DNA of 62,672 nt, counting the filler, from Aduncisulcus paluster (taxonomy: Eukaryota), in NCBI GenBank assembly GCA_024181965.1. It is 3 parts of 3 records of this genome, joined end to end, with 100 filler letters (N's around TTAATTAATTAA, not from the genome) between each part and the next. Parts side by side here need not be neighbours in the genome. Positions count along the whole stretch, not along the records: positions 1 to 19,839 come from BQXS01012632.1; positions 19,940 to 41,822 come from BQXS01012633.1; 1 more part is not named here. One strand, given 5' to 3'. Every line of letters begins with the position of its first letter. Position 1 is the first letter of the stretch. This document shows positions 12,101-25,589 of this stretch, piece by piece. The notes below the pieces were generated by a model. The model did no database searches. It was not told where the DNA came from and was given only the letters and a program-made list of their open reading frames with translations. The translations under genes and the position numbers were made by a program.

Positions 12101-15100
12101 CAGGTCAACCTCTCGTCATGCATCTGCCCCTAAAATCCGTGGAAAATGGTTGTCTGATCACGCTGGACAGCTTACCATTGGCTGTGTTCAAATTGACTGG
12201 GTATCTGCTGTGACAACTGCTTTATCCTCAGCCAATCCAAAGAAGGCTTTGATCTATGCAAGAAAGAAACAACTCCAAACTTTGTCTCGACTCACTGACC
12301 TCGCCCGAAGTGGTCTCAATTCCCTTGATCGTGCCCGTATCACCGCTGTCATTACACTTTCTGTTCACAACAGAGATGTCATGGAGAAGCTGCTTCGTGT
12401 TGGGGCCACCTCTGCCACAGATTTTGCTTGGTTGTCTCAGCTGAGGCATTACTGGAAGGATGATACATGTATTGTTCAACAAACCAACAGTACTCTTCAA
12501 TATGATTACGAATACCTCGGTGCATCCTTCAGATTGGTCATCACTCCTTTGACAGATCGTTGTTACATGACTTTGACAACTGCACTCCACTTGAAGAGAG
12601 GAGGCTCACCACAGGGACCGGCTGGTACCGGTAAAACCGAAACTGTCAAAGATCTTGCCAAGGCTCTTGGTCGGTTTGACTTGGTCACGAATTGTAACAG
12701 CAGTATGGATTACCAGACAGTTGGTCTTCTTTTCTCTGGTCTTTGTCAGGTTGGTGGTTTTGGTGTTTTTGATGAGTTCAATCGTATTGAAATTGAAGTT
12801 CTTTCTGTTGTTGCCCAGCAGATCCAATGCATCCTCGATGCCTTGTGTGAGAATGCCGATGAATTCATGTTTGAAGGTAAAATGATCAAACTCAGATCCT
12901 GCGTTGGTATTTTCATCACCATGAATCCCGGTTACGCCGGTCGTACCGAGCTTCCCGATAACTTGAAGGCTCTGTTCAGGCCTGTCAGTATGATGAAAGC
13001 CGATCTTAGTATCATTGCTGAGGTCATGCTATTCTCCCAAGGTTTCAAGCAAGGTAAAATGTTGGCTAAGAAACTTACAACACTCTACAACCTCTCCTCT
13101 CTCCAGCTCTCTAAACAACCTCATTATGACTTTGGAATGCGTGCCCTCAAGGGTTGTGCCACTGCCATGGGTCATGAGAAACTCATTGCTCCAGACAAGA
13201 GTGAAGATCTCATTCTTTACAAGGCTCTGAGAGATGCCAATATCCCCAAACTGATAGCTGAAGATTCACCGCTGTTTAATGCACTCATGAGTGATCTGTT
13301 CCTTGGAATTGAACCCCCAACCATCGACTACGGGCACTTTGCCGAAGCCATTCATGAGGAAATGATCGAGCGCGGATTAATTGATATTCCTTACCTGAAA
13401 GAAAAGGTTATCCAAGTGTATGAGACCAAGTGTGTAAGACATGGTGTTATGGTGATTGGTGACAGTGGAGGTGGTAAGACAACAGCTATCCAACTTCTCA
13501 AGGCTGTGAAAGAGAGGGTGTGGAGAAAGAGACAAATGATGCTTCGCTCCAAGAATAAGGAAGACATTGTTGCCGCTGCCCCTGACAACTTTGGTATCGG
13601 CCATGACTTTGTCCCTGTAAAGGAATACTTGCTCAATCCCAAGAGTGTTCCCCTCGGTGGTCTTTTTGGAGAAATTGACTTGAACACCAGGGAATGGACT
13701 GATGGTATCGTCTCCTCGGCCTTGCGTACAGCCTCCAATGATGCTTCCAACACTGAGAAATGGCTTGTGTTTGATGGTCCTGTAGATACTCTCTGGATTG
13801 AGTCAATGAACACCTGTCTGGATGATACTCGTTGTCTCACAATCCTTAACGGTGAGCGTATCTCTTTCCCTCCCCAAGTATCCTTCGTGTTTGAGACTCT
13901 GGACCTCCAGGAGGCATCTCCGGCCACTGTATCTCGATGTGGTATGATTCACATGGATGTTCAAAGCATTGGTTGGAAGAATGTTGTCCAAGCTTGGATC
14001 AACAAGAAACTCAAGTCTGGGAACAAGATGGAGGCAGAACTCTTGGAAGAACTCACAGAGAAGTACATTCCTGATGCCCTCTCTCTCAAATACAACGGGA
14101 GTGGAGGAGGAGGAGGAGGAATGGAGGAGGATGCCTTCGACATGCTTGAAAACACTGCCTCAAACTCTTCGTCAGAACCCAATGAACTCGTTGAAGTTCC
14201 CCTGATTAACGCTGTCCAGAGTACTCTGAGAATCTACGATGCTTGTGCCTATGCCCTCGATGGAGGTGTGAAGAAGGCCAAGAAGCCCCTTCCTGGAATC
14301 CCTGAGATTGTCAGTGAAGCCGGTGAGAAGGAAGAGGAGGAATCTGGTGAGAAAGAGATTCAACAAGAACTTATTGAGATGTGGTTCGCCTTTGCAGTTG
14401 TGTGGGGTATTGGTGGGTCTTTCTCTCATCACATCCGTGCTGCTCTCGATATTCTTATCAGAGATATTGATGGTCGTATCCCTTCTCGTGATTCTGTCTA
14501 TGAGTATGTTGTTGATCCAACTTCTCGTAGTTGGGTCAGTTGGGAGAGTAAGATCCCCCAGAGCTGGCGCCCTGCCCCTGGGACTCCCTGGCACCGTGTG
14601 TTGGTCCCCACTGTTGACACTCAGCGTAACAGTTTCCTCGTTAACCATCTTTTTGATGACGAGAAACATGCTCTTCTTGTTGGAGAGCCTTGTGGTAAGA
14701 GTCTGTTAGTCACTGAGAACCTTACTCCAACGCTTGAGAGTAACCATTCTTCCATCATCAACTGTGCGTTCTCTGCACAGACTTCTGCCCAGAGAACCCA
14801 GAGTATCATTGAGAACAACATGGAGAAGCGTGCTAAAGGTGTTCTTTGTCCCCCCAGTAGTAACAACGTGCTCCTCTTTGTCGATGATCTTAACATGCCT
14901 TCCCCCGACGAGTATGGATCTCAGCCTCCTCTTGAGTTATTGAGACAGATGATCACTCAGGGTGGATGGTATGACCTGAAGAAACAGACATTCACAGAGG
15001 TGAGACAGTGCATTGTGCTTGGAGCTATGGGGAAGCCCGGTGGTGGTAGAAATGATATATCTCCTCGTTTGTTGTCATGTTTCAATGTCATTGGATGTTT

Positions 15101-18100
15101 ATTCCCTGAGAAATCCCAGATCAAGAGGATATTTGGAACTCTTTGCGGACTCAAATTTACTGAGTTCGCTGATCCTGTTCGTCAAACCCTTGACACTGTT
15201 ATTCTTGCCTCCATGAATGTGTATAATACTGTGTGCACTAAGTTGCTCCCCACCCCAGAGAAGAGTCATTATATTTTCAACCTTCGTGATCTTGCCCGTG
15301 TATTCCTTGGTCTCGTGCGAGCTGACCCTGTTCTCTGTGACTCCAAGGAAGGTCTTATTCGACTGTGGACGCACGAATGTTTCAGAATCTTCAACGATCG
15401 TCTGATCAACTTTAAGGACAAGAAATGGTTCTACGATATGATGGAAAATGTTCTTGGTTCTAATTTCTCCCTCACTCTCTCTTCAATGCGTTATCAAGAG
15501 AGCGAAACCCTTGTATTATACAGTGATTTCATGGATGCTGCCGGCACAACCGGAGGAATCAGTGGGATTGAGGCCGAATCTGAGGCAGATCACCCACCAT
15601 ACCAAGAACTTCCACCCATGCCCAAGGTCAAGGAATTCTTTACGGAGTCTATGGATTCATATCGAGTCGTTCAGCCCAATGCCAAAGAAATGGTCCTGTT
15701 CAACGATTGTATTGAGCATATTTGCAGAGTATGTAGAGTAATGCGTAATCCCAGTGGTCATTGTTTATTGTGTGGTGTTGGAGGGAGTGGAAGACGGTCT
15801 GTTGCGAGATATGGAGCCTTCTTGAGTGGCCTTGAAGTGTTTGAGATCACCGTTGGAAGAAACTACCGTTCAATCGAGTTCCACGAAGATATCAAGAAGT
15901 TGTTCTGGCAGTGTGGAATTGAGAACAAACCTACTGCTTTCCTTGTGAGCGATTCACAGTTTGTCGACGAGTCCTTCCTCGAGGATATCAACAGTCTTCT
16001 TACCAGTGGGACTGTTCCCAACATTTACTCTCAAGATGATATGATCATGATTAAGGAAGCCATAAAAGAACCTGCCAAGAAACACGGTATCACTCACTCT
16101 GATAAGCTCTTTAAGTTCTATGAGCACCGAGTGAAGGATAATGTCCACGTTTGCCTGTGTATGTCTCCTGTAGGTGAGGCTTTCAGACGTAGGTTGAGGA
16201 TGTTCCCCGCCGTTGTGAATTGTACTACAATTGACTGGTATGGGGCTTGGCCAGAGTCCGCTCTTAAGGAAGTTTCTTGGACCTTCACATCTGCCATGGA
16301 GCTTATACCACCCCTTGAGGAGGAAATAGAGGAGGAAGAAGAAGAATCCGAAGGTGACGGTGAAGGATCTGAACAATCCCAAAGCGATGAGCCAGCTCCT
16401 GTGAGAGAAATCCCTTCAAAGAACGATAAAATCACAGCTTCCAGCAAGCTTGTTGCCCGTAAGGCTGAAGAAGAAGCCCACGAGAAGCTTGTCAAGCACA
16501 CCCGTGAGTCTGTTGCCCTTGCATTCATGCAAATGCACACTGATGTTGAGCAAATGAATGCCAGGATGGCTTCTGAAGTTGGTCGTAAGAATCACACGAC
16601 ACCAACTTCATTCTTGGGTCTTGTGAGTACATTTAAACAACTGTTCCACGATAAGAAGGAAGAAATTACCCAGAAGATCAACAAACTTCAAGCCGGTCTT
16701 AGTCGTTTGTTGTCCAGCCGAAAAACCGTTGAGAAACTGCAAGTAGAGCTTGGTACAAAGAAAGAGCTTGTTACTAAAGCTCAGAAAGACTGTGAGGAAG
16801 CCATTGGTATCATGTCTGTTAAGAAGGCCGAGGCTGCAAAGAAGAAGTCAGAAGTTCAAGCCAAAAGTCGAGAAGTTGGAAAAGAAAGTCGTGTTCTTGA
16901 GGAAAAAGAGAGGAAAGCAAGAGAGGAACTTGACGAAGCTCTTCCCGCTCTCGAGGAAGCAAATTCCCTTGTGAAAGAACTCGATGAGCCTCAGAACAAA
17001 CGTTATATTGATGAAGTCAGGGCTCTGAAAGTGCCCCATGAGTTTGTGAAACTTGTTATTTCTGCCGTTATGACCCTTCTTGAAGAGGATCCACAATTTT
17101 CGGAGGCCAGGAAGGTCCTTCAAGGTGCTGTTGGTGAGAAAGCAAAGGCCAAGATGGATCCCCGTGCCCCCACTGGTTTCATCTCCCGTCTTATCAACTT
17201 CAAGAAAGATCGCGTGACAGACTCTACTTTTAGGGCCGTTGAGAAGTACGTTTCAAACCCCAACTTCCGTCCAGAGTTCATTGAACGTATCTCCAAGGCT
17301 GCCACAACTCTGTGCAAGTGGGTTAGAGCCATCTTTACTTACACTATGCAGTTCAGAAAGGTTGAACCCAAGCGGAGAGCCTTGGAAGAAGCTCAGGAGA
17401 AGTTAAAAGTGAAGAAGGCTCTGTTGGCTGAGTTAGAGAGGGAGTACCATGAACTCGAGCTTGAGCTTGAACAACTCGAAGCTACTCTTGCCACAAAGAC
17501 AAGAGAGAAAGAATATCTCAAGAAACAGGTTGCTGAGACAGAGTTGAAGCTTTCTCGTGCTAAGAAACTTGTTGACGGTCTGGCCGGAGAACGTGTTCGT
17601 TGGACCGAGAGTATTGAGCTTTATAAGGAACAACTGAGTGTGATTGTTGGAGATGTTGTCGTTTGTAGTGGTTTTGTGGCTTACTGTGGAGCTTTTGCTT
17701 CTAATTACCGAAACAAATTGAAGCACAAATGGATAAAAATGCTTAAGGTTCTGAAACTCCCACATTCCCAGAAGCTGAACTTTGCTCAATTCCTTGTTCC
17801 CATGACCAGTATTCGTCAGTGGCGTCTGGATGGACTTCCCAGCGATGCTTTCAGTGCCGAGAATGGTGTTCTCGTCAACAAGGGCAGTCGTTTCCCCCTG
17901 ATGATCGACCCACAGTTACAAGCTAACAAGTGGATCAAGAGAACGTACAAGGACAAAAAGCTGGTTGTTGTTGATCCCAAGAACAAAGATAGAATCCGTC
18001 TCATTGAAGGAGCAGTTCAGTTTGGAACTCCTGTTCTACTTGAAGATATTGGAGAAGACCTTGATCCTGCCCTCGATTCTCTCATTTCCCAAGCCTTTTC

Positions 18101-19839
18101 TATCGAAGGTGGGAGGAAAATGATTCTTATTGGAGATAACAAGGTACAATATAACGAGAACTTTAGACTTTTCATGACCACTCGACTTCCGAACCCTCAT
18201 TACTCTCCTGAGACATGTACAAAGGTTACATTGGTTAACTTTGCCGTTGTGCAAGATGGTCTTCAGGCTCAGTTGTTGGCTACCGTTGTTCGTCATGAAA
18301 AGCCAAGGCTCGAGCAGCAAAAGGATAAATTGGTTGTGAGTATGGCTCGCATGAGAAAGAGGGCAGAGGACACTGAAGATGAGATTTTATACCTCCTCAG
18401 AAGCTCTTCCCCTTCAAAACTTCTTGAGGATGAGACTCTGATTGGTGCCCTGGATACCAGTAAGAAGACATCCGAGGAGATCGCTAGACAATTGGCCATT
18501 TCCATTCAGACTGAGGCCAAGATTGATAAAGCAAGAAAAGGATATGAACCGTGTGCTCATCTCGCTTCTCTCTTCTTCTTTGTACTGATCGATCTTGGTG
18601 GAATTGATTCCATGTATCAGTTCTCATTGGACTCTTACACAAAACTGTTTGAGAGCTCAATCATGTCCTCCCCTCGCTCTGAGAAACTTCAAGACAGAAT
18701 TAACGCTCTGAATTCTTACCATACTCAAGCCATGTATCGTTGGACATGCCGAGGCCTATTCAAACGGCACAAGCTCCTTTTCTCTCTCCAAATGTGTATT
18801 AAGATGCAACAAAGTGAAGGTCTCATCGAGAATGATGTATATGATTACTTCCTTCGAGGCGGTATCGTACTTCATAAGGAAGAACAACCTCCAAACCCTG
18901 CCGAATGGTTGTCCAGCACTTGTTGGGATAACATCACTGAGCTTGATAAGGTAAAAGGATTCGAGAACCTTGTCCCACACTTTGAACAGCACTTGCAAGA
19001 GTGGCATGAGTGGTACACAACTCAAGAACCCGAAAGTGTCCGTCTACCTGGAGAATGGGAAGGTAGATGCGATGAATTGCGCAAGATGTGTATTATCCGG
19101 GCTCTGAGATCTGATCGTATCATCCAGGCCATCACTATGTACGTTGGGAATAAGATTGGATCATTCTTCGTCAATCCTCCACCTTTCGATCTCAAGGAAA
19201 TCCTTGGAGATTCCAATCCAACGACTCCACTTATCTTTGTCCTTAGTCCAGGTGTTGATCCAGGGACAATGCTCCAACAGTTCGCCCAGACAAGAGGTAT
19301 GGGAGACAGATTGAGTAGTGTTGCATTGGGACAGGGTCAGGGTCCTAAAGCTATAGCAGCCATTGAGCGTGGTATCAAAGAGGGTCGTTGGGTATTCCTC
19401 TTGAATTTGCACCTGGCCATATCTTGGCTCCCTGAACTTGAGAAGATCATTGAGACCATCTCTGCAGGGACACCTCCGCATGATGATTTCAGACTCTGGT
19501 TGTCTTCTGACCCCCATCCCAAGTTCCCTATCGGTATCCTTCAGAGGTCTCTTAAGATGACCACCGAACCTCCACGCGGTATCCGTTCAAATATGATGAG
19601 AATGTTCAACCGTTTGACGGAAGCCGAGCTGCAATCATGTGCAGATGACCCTGGGAAAGACAAAGCCTTCAGACGGCTCTTGTTCGGTCTCACATTCTTC
19701 CATTCTGTTATTCTTGAGAGAAGGAAATTCCAGTACCTCGGGTGGAATGTGTCTTATGATTTCAATGATGCTGATTTTGACATTTGTAAGAATCTTCTTG
19801 ACTTGTACATCAACACCTATGAGGAAATTCCTTGGGAAT
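6140..19839 (+). CDS. DNAH2: Axonemal dynein heavy chain, inner-arm I1/f beta type (DNAH2/DHC10-like); 3'-truncated at the scaffold end
   Basis: DHC_N1 (LEAIVIHWSRQVK...GPLAEVEFWRRRSEDLTGISKQL), linker (FPRFYFLSNDELL), AAA1 P-loop GGSPQGPAGTGKTETVKDL, AAA2 GDSGGGKTT, AAA4 GVGGSGRRS, stalk, AAA5 PLMIDPQ and AAA6 LSPGVDP. The two ORFs join into one intronless frame of ~4,400 codons once the gap-flanking duplications are collapsed. Confidence 0.93.
9718..10087. repeat. Assembly overlap duplication around 20-N gap (9718-9892 = 9913-10087)
   Basis: 175 bp repeated either side of N 9893-9912; offset 195 nt, so in frame. Confidence 0.95.
11438..11947. repeat. Assembly overlap duplication around 20-N gap (11438-11682 = 11703-11947)
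   Basis: 245 bp repeated either side of N 11683-11702; the 265-nt offset produces the apparent frameshift in dynein. Confidence 0.95.
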
Positions 19840-19939
19840 NNNNNNNNNNNNNNNNNNNNNNNNNNNNNNNNNNNNNNNNNNNNTTAATTAATTAANNNNN
19901 NNNNNNNNNNNNNNNNNNNNNNNNNNNNNNNNNNNNNNN
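19840..19939. other. Artificial scaffold-joining linker N44-TTAATTAATTAA-N44
   Basis: Exactly 100 nt with a six-frame stop palindrome; genes are truncated on both sides. Confidence 0.95.
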
Positions 19940-22900
19940 GAGACACCTCACCACCGAACCTTCTGCTCCTCTTACTCCCACTTCTCTTGGACATTCCCCG
20001 TTTAGATTCCCAGGCAATCCTACCTTCATCCCTCTGTCTGCCCGTCTCGTTCCATTGCTTCTCTCCCCGATGAGAGCTCCACCTGTTCTGATGCCCAATG
20101 AAACATCCGCTTTCTCCAACCCACTCCTTTCCTCCTCGCTCTCTGCAATGGAGGCCTCAAGTAGCACTCCACAGAGCATGTCTGGGAAGGCTCTATCGTT
20201 GTTGGCCCCCATGGGGGAGGGTGGGATTGACCTTGGAAGTATATTGGGTTGTATTGGCTACACTGAGGCTATTGTGTGGAATATCCACCGGGATCCCCTT
20301 GGTTGGTGTGGTAATGGAAGAGACTATGGTGTTATTGGTCAGATATGTGCCTTTTGTATCATCCTGATGACCAGTCCTTTCACAATCCTCAGGCAACGAG
20401 GTGTCGATCTCATGGGATCTCTCTTGGGCTCTGTGATTGTGGCTGGACGGGAGGAAAAGACTGTAAACTGGGATGCAGAGGATGGGGAGGAGTGTGACGA
20501 GACCATGGATACTGTTGAAGAAAGAGACGAAGACCCCGAATGGTTTGTTGAGGTTCTTCCTTCCTCCCATATCCATGTAAAATCAAAGTTATGTCTTTTG
20601 TCCATGTTACGTAGTGTCCTTCCACAGCTTCCATTCCATACATCGCCATCACTCTCTTCCTCTGTGAGTAGTTCCACAAGATTCTTTAGTCTCCTCTCTT
20701 CTGCTTGTCCTTACTTGCCCCGTTTCATTGTCCGTGGTATCCGCCGTTGGCTTTACTTGCTGCCCACAGACCATCGCGCCAGTGTCCTATGTGTGATTGT
20801 CAGTATGATGCAATCATGCAGTGAAATTTGGATTGGAAAGGCCGATCATGAGGAGAAACTTGTTGAAAGTAGCGTGTTTGTTCAAAGATTGAAAAGTGGA
20901 AAAGTTGTTGTGTGTGACGAGACCGATGAGGATGCTCGGCGTGTTGCTTTCAAACCCAGTCATGTTCTCACTCATGGAATGTTCGAAGATGCTATTCTTA
21001 TCACTCGTCAGTGCCAGTCTGCTCATCCTCCTCAACCCTTGCCCCGTTATCCACTGCCCATTGGATTCCCTCCCGAGTTGATGCATCCTCTCGGTGAGAT
21101 GTGGAGAGTGTTCGTTGATTCTAGGAGTTCCATCGCCACCTGTATCGTCGATAAACTCCACACTATCCTCACTGTGATGCACAGTACTTCCCCTGCAACT
21201 GAACACCAAGATTCATCCTCCAAGACATCACCGCCAGGTAAGAATGATGCTGCTGACTCTGGATCCAAGACATCTAATGCTTCGAATGATTCCACGATGT
21301 TGTCCGACACTCATGGGGAGTTCTACAATGATTCAATTATTGACGAAGTGTATAATGATGTCTTCGATAGTGTGTTGTTATCTATTTCTGGAATGGTTCC
21401 TGAGAAAGATGAGTTATCTTTGGATGTTTCTGGACAAGAAGAGACCCAACGTGAGCAGTATCGCGCCAAGATTATCTGTATCCTGAAGAAATCTCTTGCT
21501 ACTGTCTGTGTGTTTGCTCTGAAATCGTGCCTATCCCGTCCTCTTGGTATTGAAAATAGTAAGTCTTTCTCAACATCGGATGAGAAGAAGTATTCTGATA
21601 AGATGCACATTGAGATGGTGAAGGAAGTGATTGATTGTCTCTGCTCTGAACTAAGAGACCCCCTTGCATCGGATGAGGAAGAAGAGGAGGAAGAGGAAGA
21701 AAGAGAGATGACGGGTTCAGATTCTATTGAAGACTATTCTGATAAGGAAGACGATTCTAAGGAAGATGCCATGAAGACTTCAAAGAAGTTCTTGTTCTCA
21801 AACAGGGCTACTCCGTCTGAGAAGGCTTCAATTGTTCTCCTTACCGAGGTTTGTAGGACTCACGGAGACTTGTTTGGACCCAATCTTCCCATTTTGTTGA
21901 TGAACGTTGTCATTCTATTCGATCGAGACATGCTCTTGAACATTATTGTTAACTTGCTCTGTACGGTGGCTGACACCCAGGGGAGGAAGTCTCTTTGTGT
22001 GTATGAAGAGGCGGACAAACACCCCGATGGTACAGAAATACGTACAGGAAGAAACTATCTTGGATCTATCCTTTTGGATATTGCTAGTAAGCTTAAGACG
22101 AAATACCGCGCAGGAAACCAGGAGTTCTCAACTATTTTGGATGCCAGGAAGTGGACTTCTTTCTCTGCTGCTAATCCTATCCCTGGAGATTCGTTTGCTT
22201 CACAGTCTTTCTGTGCCCCTTCTTCGCTGCGTGTGTTAGAAGCTATCTGTGACTGTAATGGAACTTCCAGCGTGAATGAAAGTGTTGTTGATGCCACCAA
22301 AAACTCTCTGTTCGCTCTTATTGCCAAAGCAGAGAGAGAGTGTGATGAAAGGATCACTGTGGCCTTGAAACAGGGTGCTAGATTCAGTGAGATCCTTGGC
22401 AATCCCGAGTACCAGCCTAAACTCCCACCTCATATTGATATTGAGGAAGTCAGTGAAGGATTGTTGCATTTAGCCGAACTCAAACACCTTATTGGTATTG
22501 CCATTCGTCTTTTGGAACCCATTTGCTCAGGGATTTCTTCTCTTATGGGCGAATTGAGCAGTGCTTGGGCAAAACGAGTGTCTGATGATTCTTCTTCTTT
22601 CTCTCCATTCGCTTCCATGTGTATCTGTCGCTCACTGTCTGTGTTCACTGGGTCCAAAGCTCGTTCCACTGTCGATCGGGTTGAGAGACTCGTGGATGTG
22701 TGGATATCAACTTGGGAGAAAGGTAACAAAGGTGGATGTATCGCCAACGCGTCTTGTGCAGGTGCCCGGCACCATGATTCCAACCGTTTGGCCGAAGACA
22801 GTGAGGATTCCAATACCCTCTGCGTGTGTGGAAAAGCTCTCTGCAGAGAAGTCAGCAACCTTCCCAAACTCTCTCACAAGTCTCTGCGTCGTCTCGTCAG

Positions 22901-24164
22901 TGTTCTTGTTCCGTTGATGGATCACCCTTCAATCGCTGCCCAGGTTCTGTTTGCTCGCGTTGTCAGCTGCATTGTTGGCATTGACAAGAGTGTCATGTGT
23001 GTTCATAAAGGAGAAATTCCCCGCGTGAAGAAGGATGATGGTCTTCTGAGCTCCCATCTTGAAGAAACTTTGGAAGAAGCTGAGCTTAAATCCCCCGAGA
23101 GTCTTGAACACTCGTCCGCTGATGACACTGCTTCAGAGCATAGCGTTGCAGTGGATATGATATACGAGATTCTTTTGGATGAAATGACAAAGAATAAGAT
23201 CGATCGTGAGATTGAAAAGGAAAGTGCCCTCGTTCCAAAGGCTCTCGAGGAGGCTGTGGAAGAGGAGGAGGAAGAGGAAGAAGAAGAAGAGATGGAGAAG
23301 TTGAAGACTCCCGATCTTCACATTCCTCCTCTAAGTATTGTGACTCCTCTTTCTCCTGACATTTTCCCTCCTGAAATCCACTCTCTTTCAAAGCTTTTCT
23401 GTGCCTTTGCTGACATTTCACTGCCGGCACCGATGCCTCTCGTTATTTTTTCCCAGATAGCCTCTTTACCCACAGCTTCTTTTACCCTCAAGGTCTGTTT
23501 CGCCTGTCTTGGTCTTATTGAGGCTGCTGTACTCAGTGATAAGCCTAAGTTCGGCATTGTTCCATGTGCTTTTTCATGTCAGTACCTTGTGGATACCCTT
23601 TATTCTCTCTTTTCTCATGTGTTCGATGGACTCTCAACTGATGGTCCTCGGTGGACTGTGTTTAAAGAAGATCTGTTCCAGAAGCTTCGTAACCCTCCCG
23701 TTGATCCTCTTGACACCATGTCTTACTGTGAATCTCTTTCAAGCCTCGGTAGTGTTATTCGTGTTATCTGTGTCTCTGAAGATATCCATATCTCTCGCAT
23801 TGTGCAGGACTTTGTTGCTGGCATTGGGCTATTTGTTCCATCCCGCCGTGTCCCTGCTCTCTACTTGCTTGAAGGGCTTGCCCAAGGTGACCACGCTTTG
23901 TCCAAGATCTGCCTTGACATGTGTGGGGTCCTTGCTTGTACGGCTGAGGAAGGCATCGGTGGTGTTGCCCGTTCGATACTTGCTGAGCAGACATCCAGCA
24001 CTATCAACGCCCTGTTCACAGGTGCTAAGTTGTTCTCTGCAAGCAAGGGTTTCAGAAGAGGAAATTATATTTCCAAGCTTGATGTAGGGAATTTCTGGAG
24101 TGAGGTTGTATGTTCAAAGAAACAGCTCATCTTTGCCATTGTTCCTGGAGAAGAATCTAAGTAG
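19940..24164 (+). CDS. 5'-truncated giant alpha-solenoid protein, probably a divergent Furry/Tao3/MOR2-PAG1 (RAM/MOR network scaffold)
   Basis: Open frame of more than 1,369 aa. LFGPNLPILLMNVVILFD resembles Furry HLPLLLH..FL.LD; ELSSAWA...CICRSLSVF resembles 'ALxWAxxC..RH.ACRSFQIF'; LVSVLVPLMDH...LFARVVS resembles the MOR2-PAG1 C region. Motif recall only. Confidence 0.45.
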
Positions 24165-24890
24165 AATAGAATGAGGAGAAAAAACAATTATGAGGAGAGT
24201 TTGGATTTTGATATGGTTTATTTTAAGGTTTGATCTATTTTAGGTTTAAGGTATAATGGCCGTGTTATAAAGTAGATATTCTTCGAAAATGAAAGTAAAA
24301 AATGAAATAACATCTTGAAATTTCATGAAATTAATTAATAAAGCTTCTATTTAGAGGATTCTCAAAAAATAAAAATAAAATCTAATATAGTACATCCTGA
24401 TTGTTATTAAGATGAATTCGTTGACATATGAGCTCTAAATAGGATATTTCATTTTGAAAATATTATTTCAATGAGCATTTTGATGAGTGGAGTGAGAGAT
24501 GTCAATCTGAACTGCATAATTGTAAAAATCGCTCAACCTGCTTTCAAGAAGAACAAAATTAAAATTCCAAATCAAAAAAATTGTGCATCATTTTTTTTAA
24601 CATATTATCATCTTGAATATCTGCTCTAACCAGCCCCAATGATGGCGAATAGTTGAGTCAGATTGGTTGAGTTGAACGATATGAAAAATAATATAAAATA
24701 AATTCGCCCATCTGTGGCATTGAATAATTCATATTTTAACTATTCGGATTTTGACCCGTCAATGAAAGTTTGAAACACTCAGAGTTTTGGCAGAAATTAG
24801 ATTATTAAAAATCCATATTTCAAGCTATTTATTGTTATATATCTCTTTTTCATTTTAAATTTTTGCTAAATTATTAAATAATCTTTTCTA

Positions 24891-25589
24891 ATGCCTGTAA
24901 AAAAATCCGCTTCAATTTACCCTGTTAAAAGGAGATTCTCCCCATATCGTGCGATCTCTTTTGATAACGTAGCTCAAATACCTCTTCCAAGTGTTCATTC
25001 TTCATTTGGTGCTCATAAACACCATTTTCCAATTGCCTATAGTGTCGCTTATTCCTGTCCTATTGCTGAAGATTCTTTCGACATAGATGATGAATCTGAG
25101 TCTGAAATTGATACCATTTCTAATCCTATTTCGCCTGTGGCCTCCAATTCGTCATCTCCCCAAGAAATTGAGTTGTCTCCCTCTCAAGAGGATGATATTC
25201 AGCAAGTGGGCGAATCCCAATGGATTTGGGAGTCTAAACAAAGAAATTCCGACGGTAAAGTATTCCTCAAAGATGATTTTCAGAGAGGGGAATTGGTAAA
25301 GAGTCTTTTCCAAGATGTTCCTCCTTGCTTGATATCATCTCCCTCTATATCTGTTTTGTACGATGATAAAGTTATTTCACGTGTAATTGATACATTCATG
25401 AAGCCATCTTCAGACTTTTCTGAGAGCTCAAGTTGTCCTCTTTCTTTAGTTTGTTGTTCTAAACCTGAAGAATCACAGTCATCTTCAGATTCAACTCAAA
25501 TTCATTCAAACTCCTTAGATAATTCCACTTGCCGCATGATGTCCTTGGCAATGGCGTCTCTTTCATGTTCTCCCTATGAAATTTTATGA
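24891..25589 (+). CDS. Hypothetical Ser-rich protein, 232 aa
   Basis: ATG-initiated ORF with higher GC than its AT-rich flanks; no recognisable domain. Confidence 0.7.
   Translation: MPVKKSASIYPVKRRFSPYRAISFDNVAQIPLPSVHSSFGAHKHHFPIAYSVAYSCPIAEDSFDIDDESESEIDTISNPISPVASNSSSPQEIELSPSQEDDIQQVGESQWIWESKQRNSDGKVFLKDDFQRGELVKSLFQDVPPCLISSPSISVLYDDKVISRVIDTFMKPSSDFSESSSCPLSLVCCSKPEESQSSSDSTQIHSNSLDNSTCRMMSLAMASLSCSPYEIL

Noticed and set aside
19884..19895. Palindromic TTAATTAATTAA (also at 41867-41878) as a biological site
   Set aside because: It is centred in exactly 44+44 Ns on both occasions and is a synthetic six-frame-stop linker. Gene adjacency across it is meaningless.
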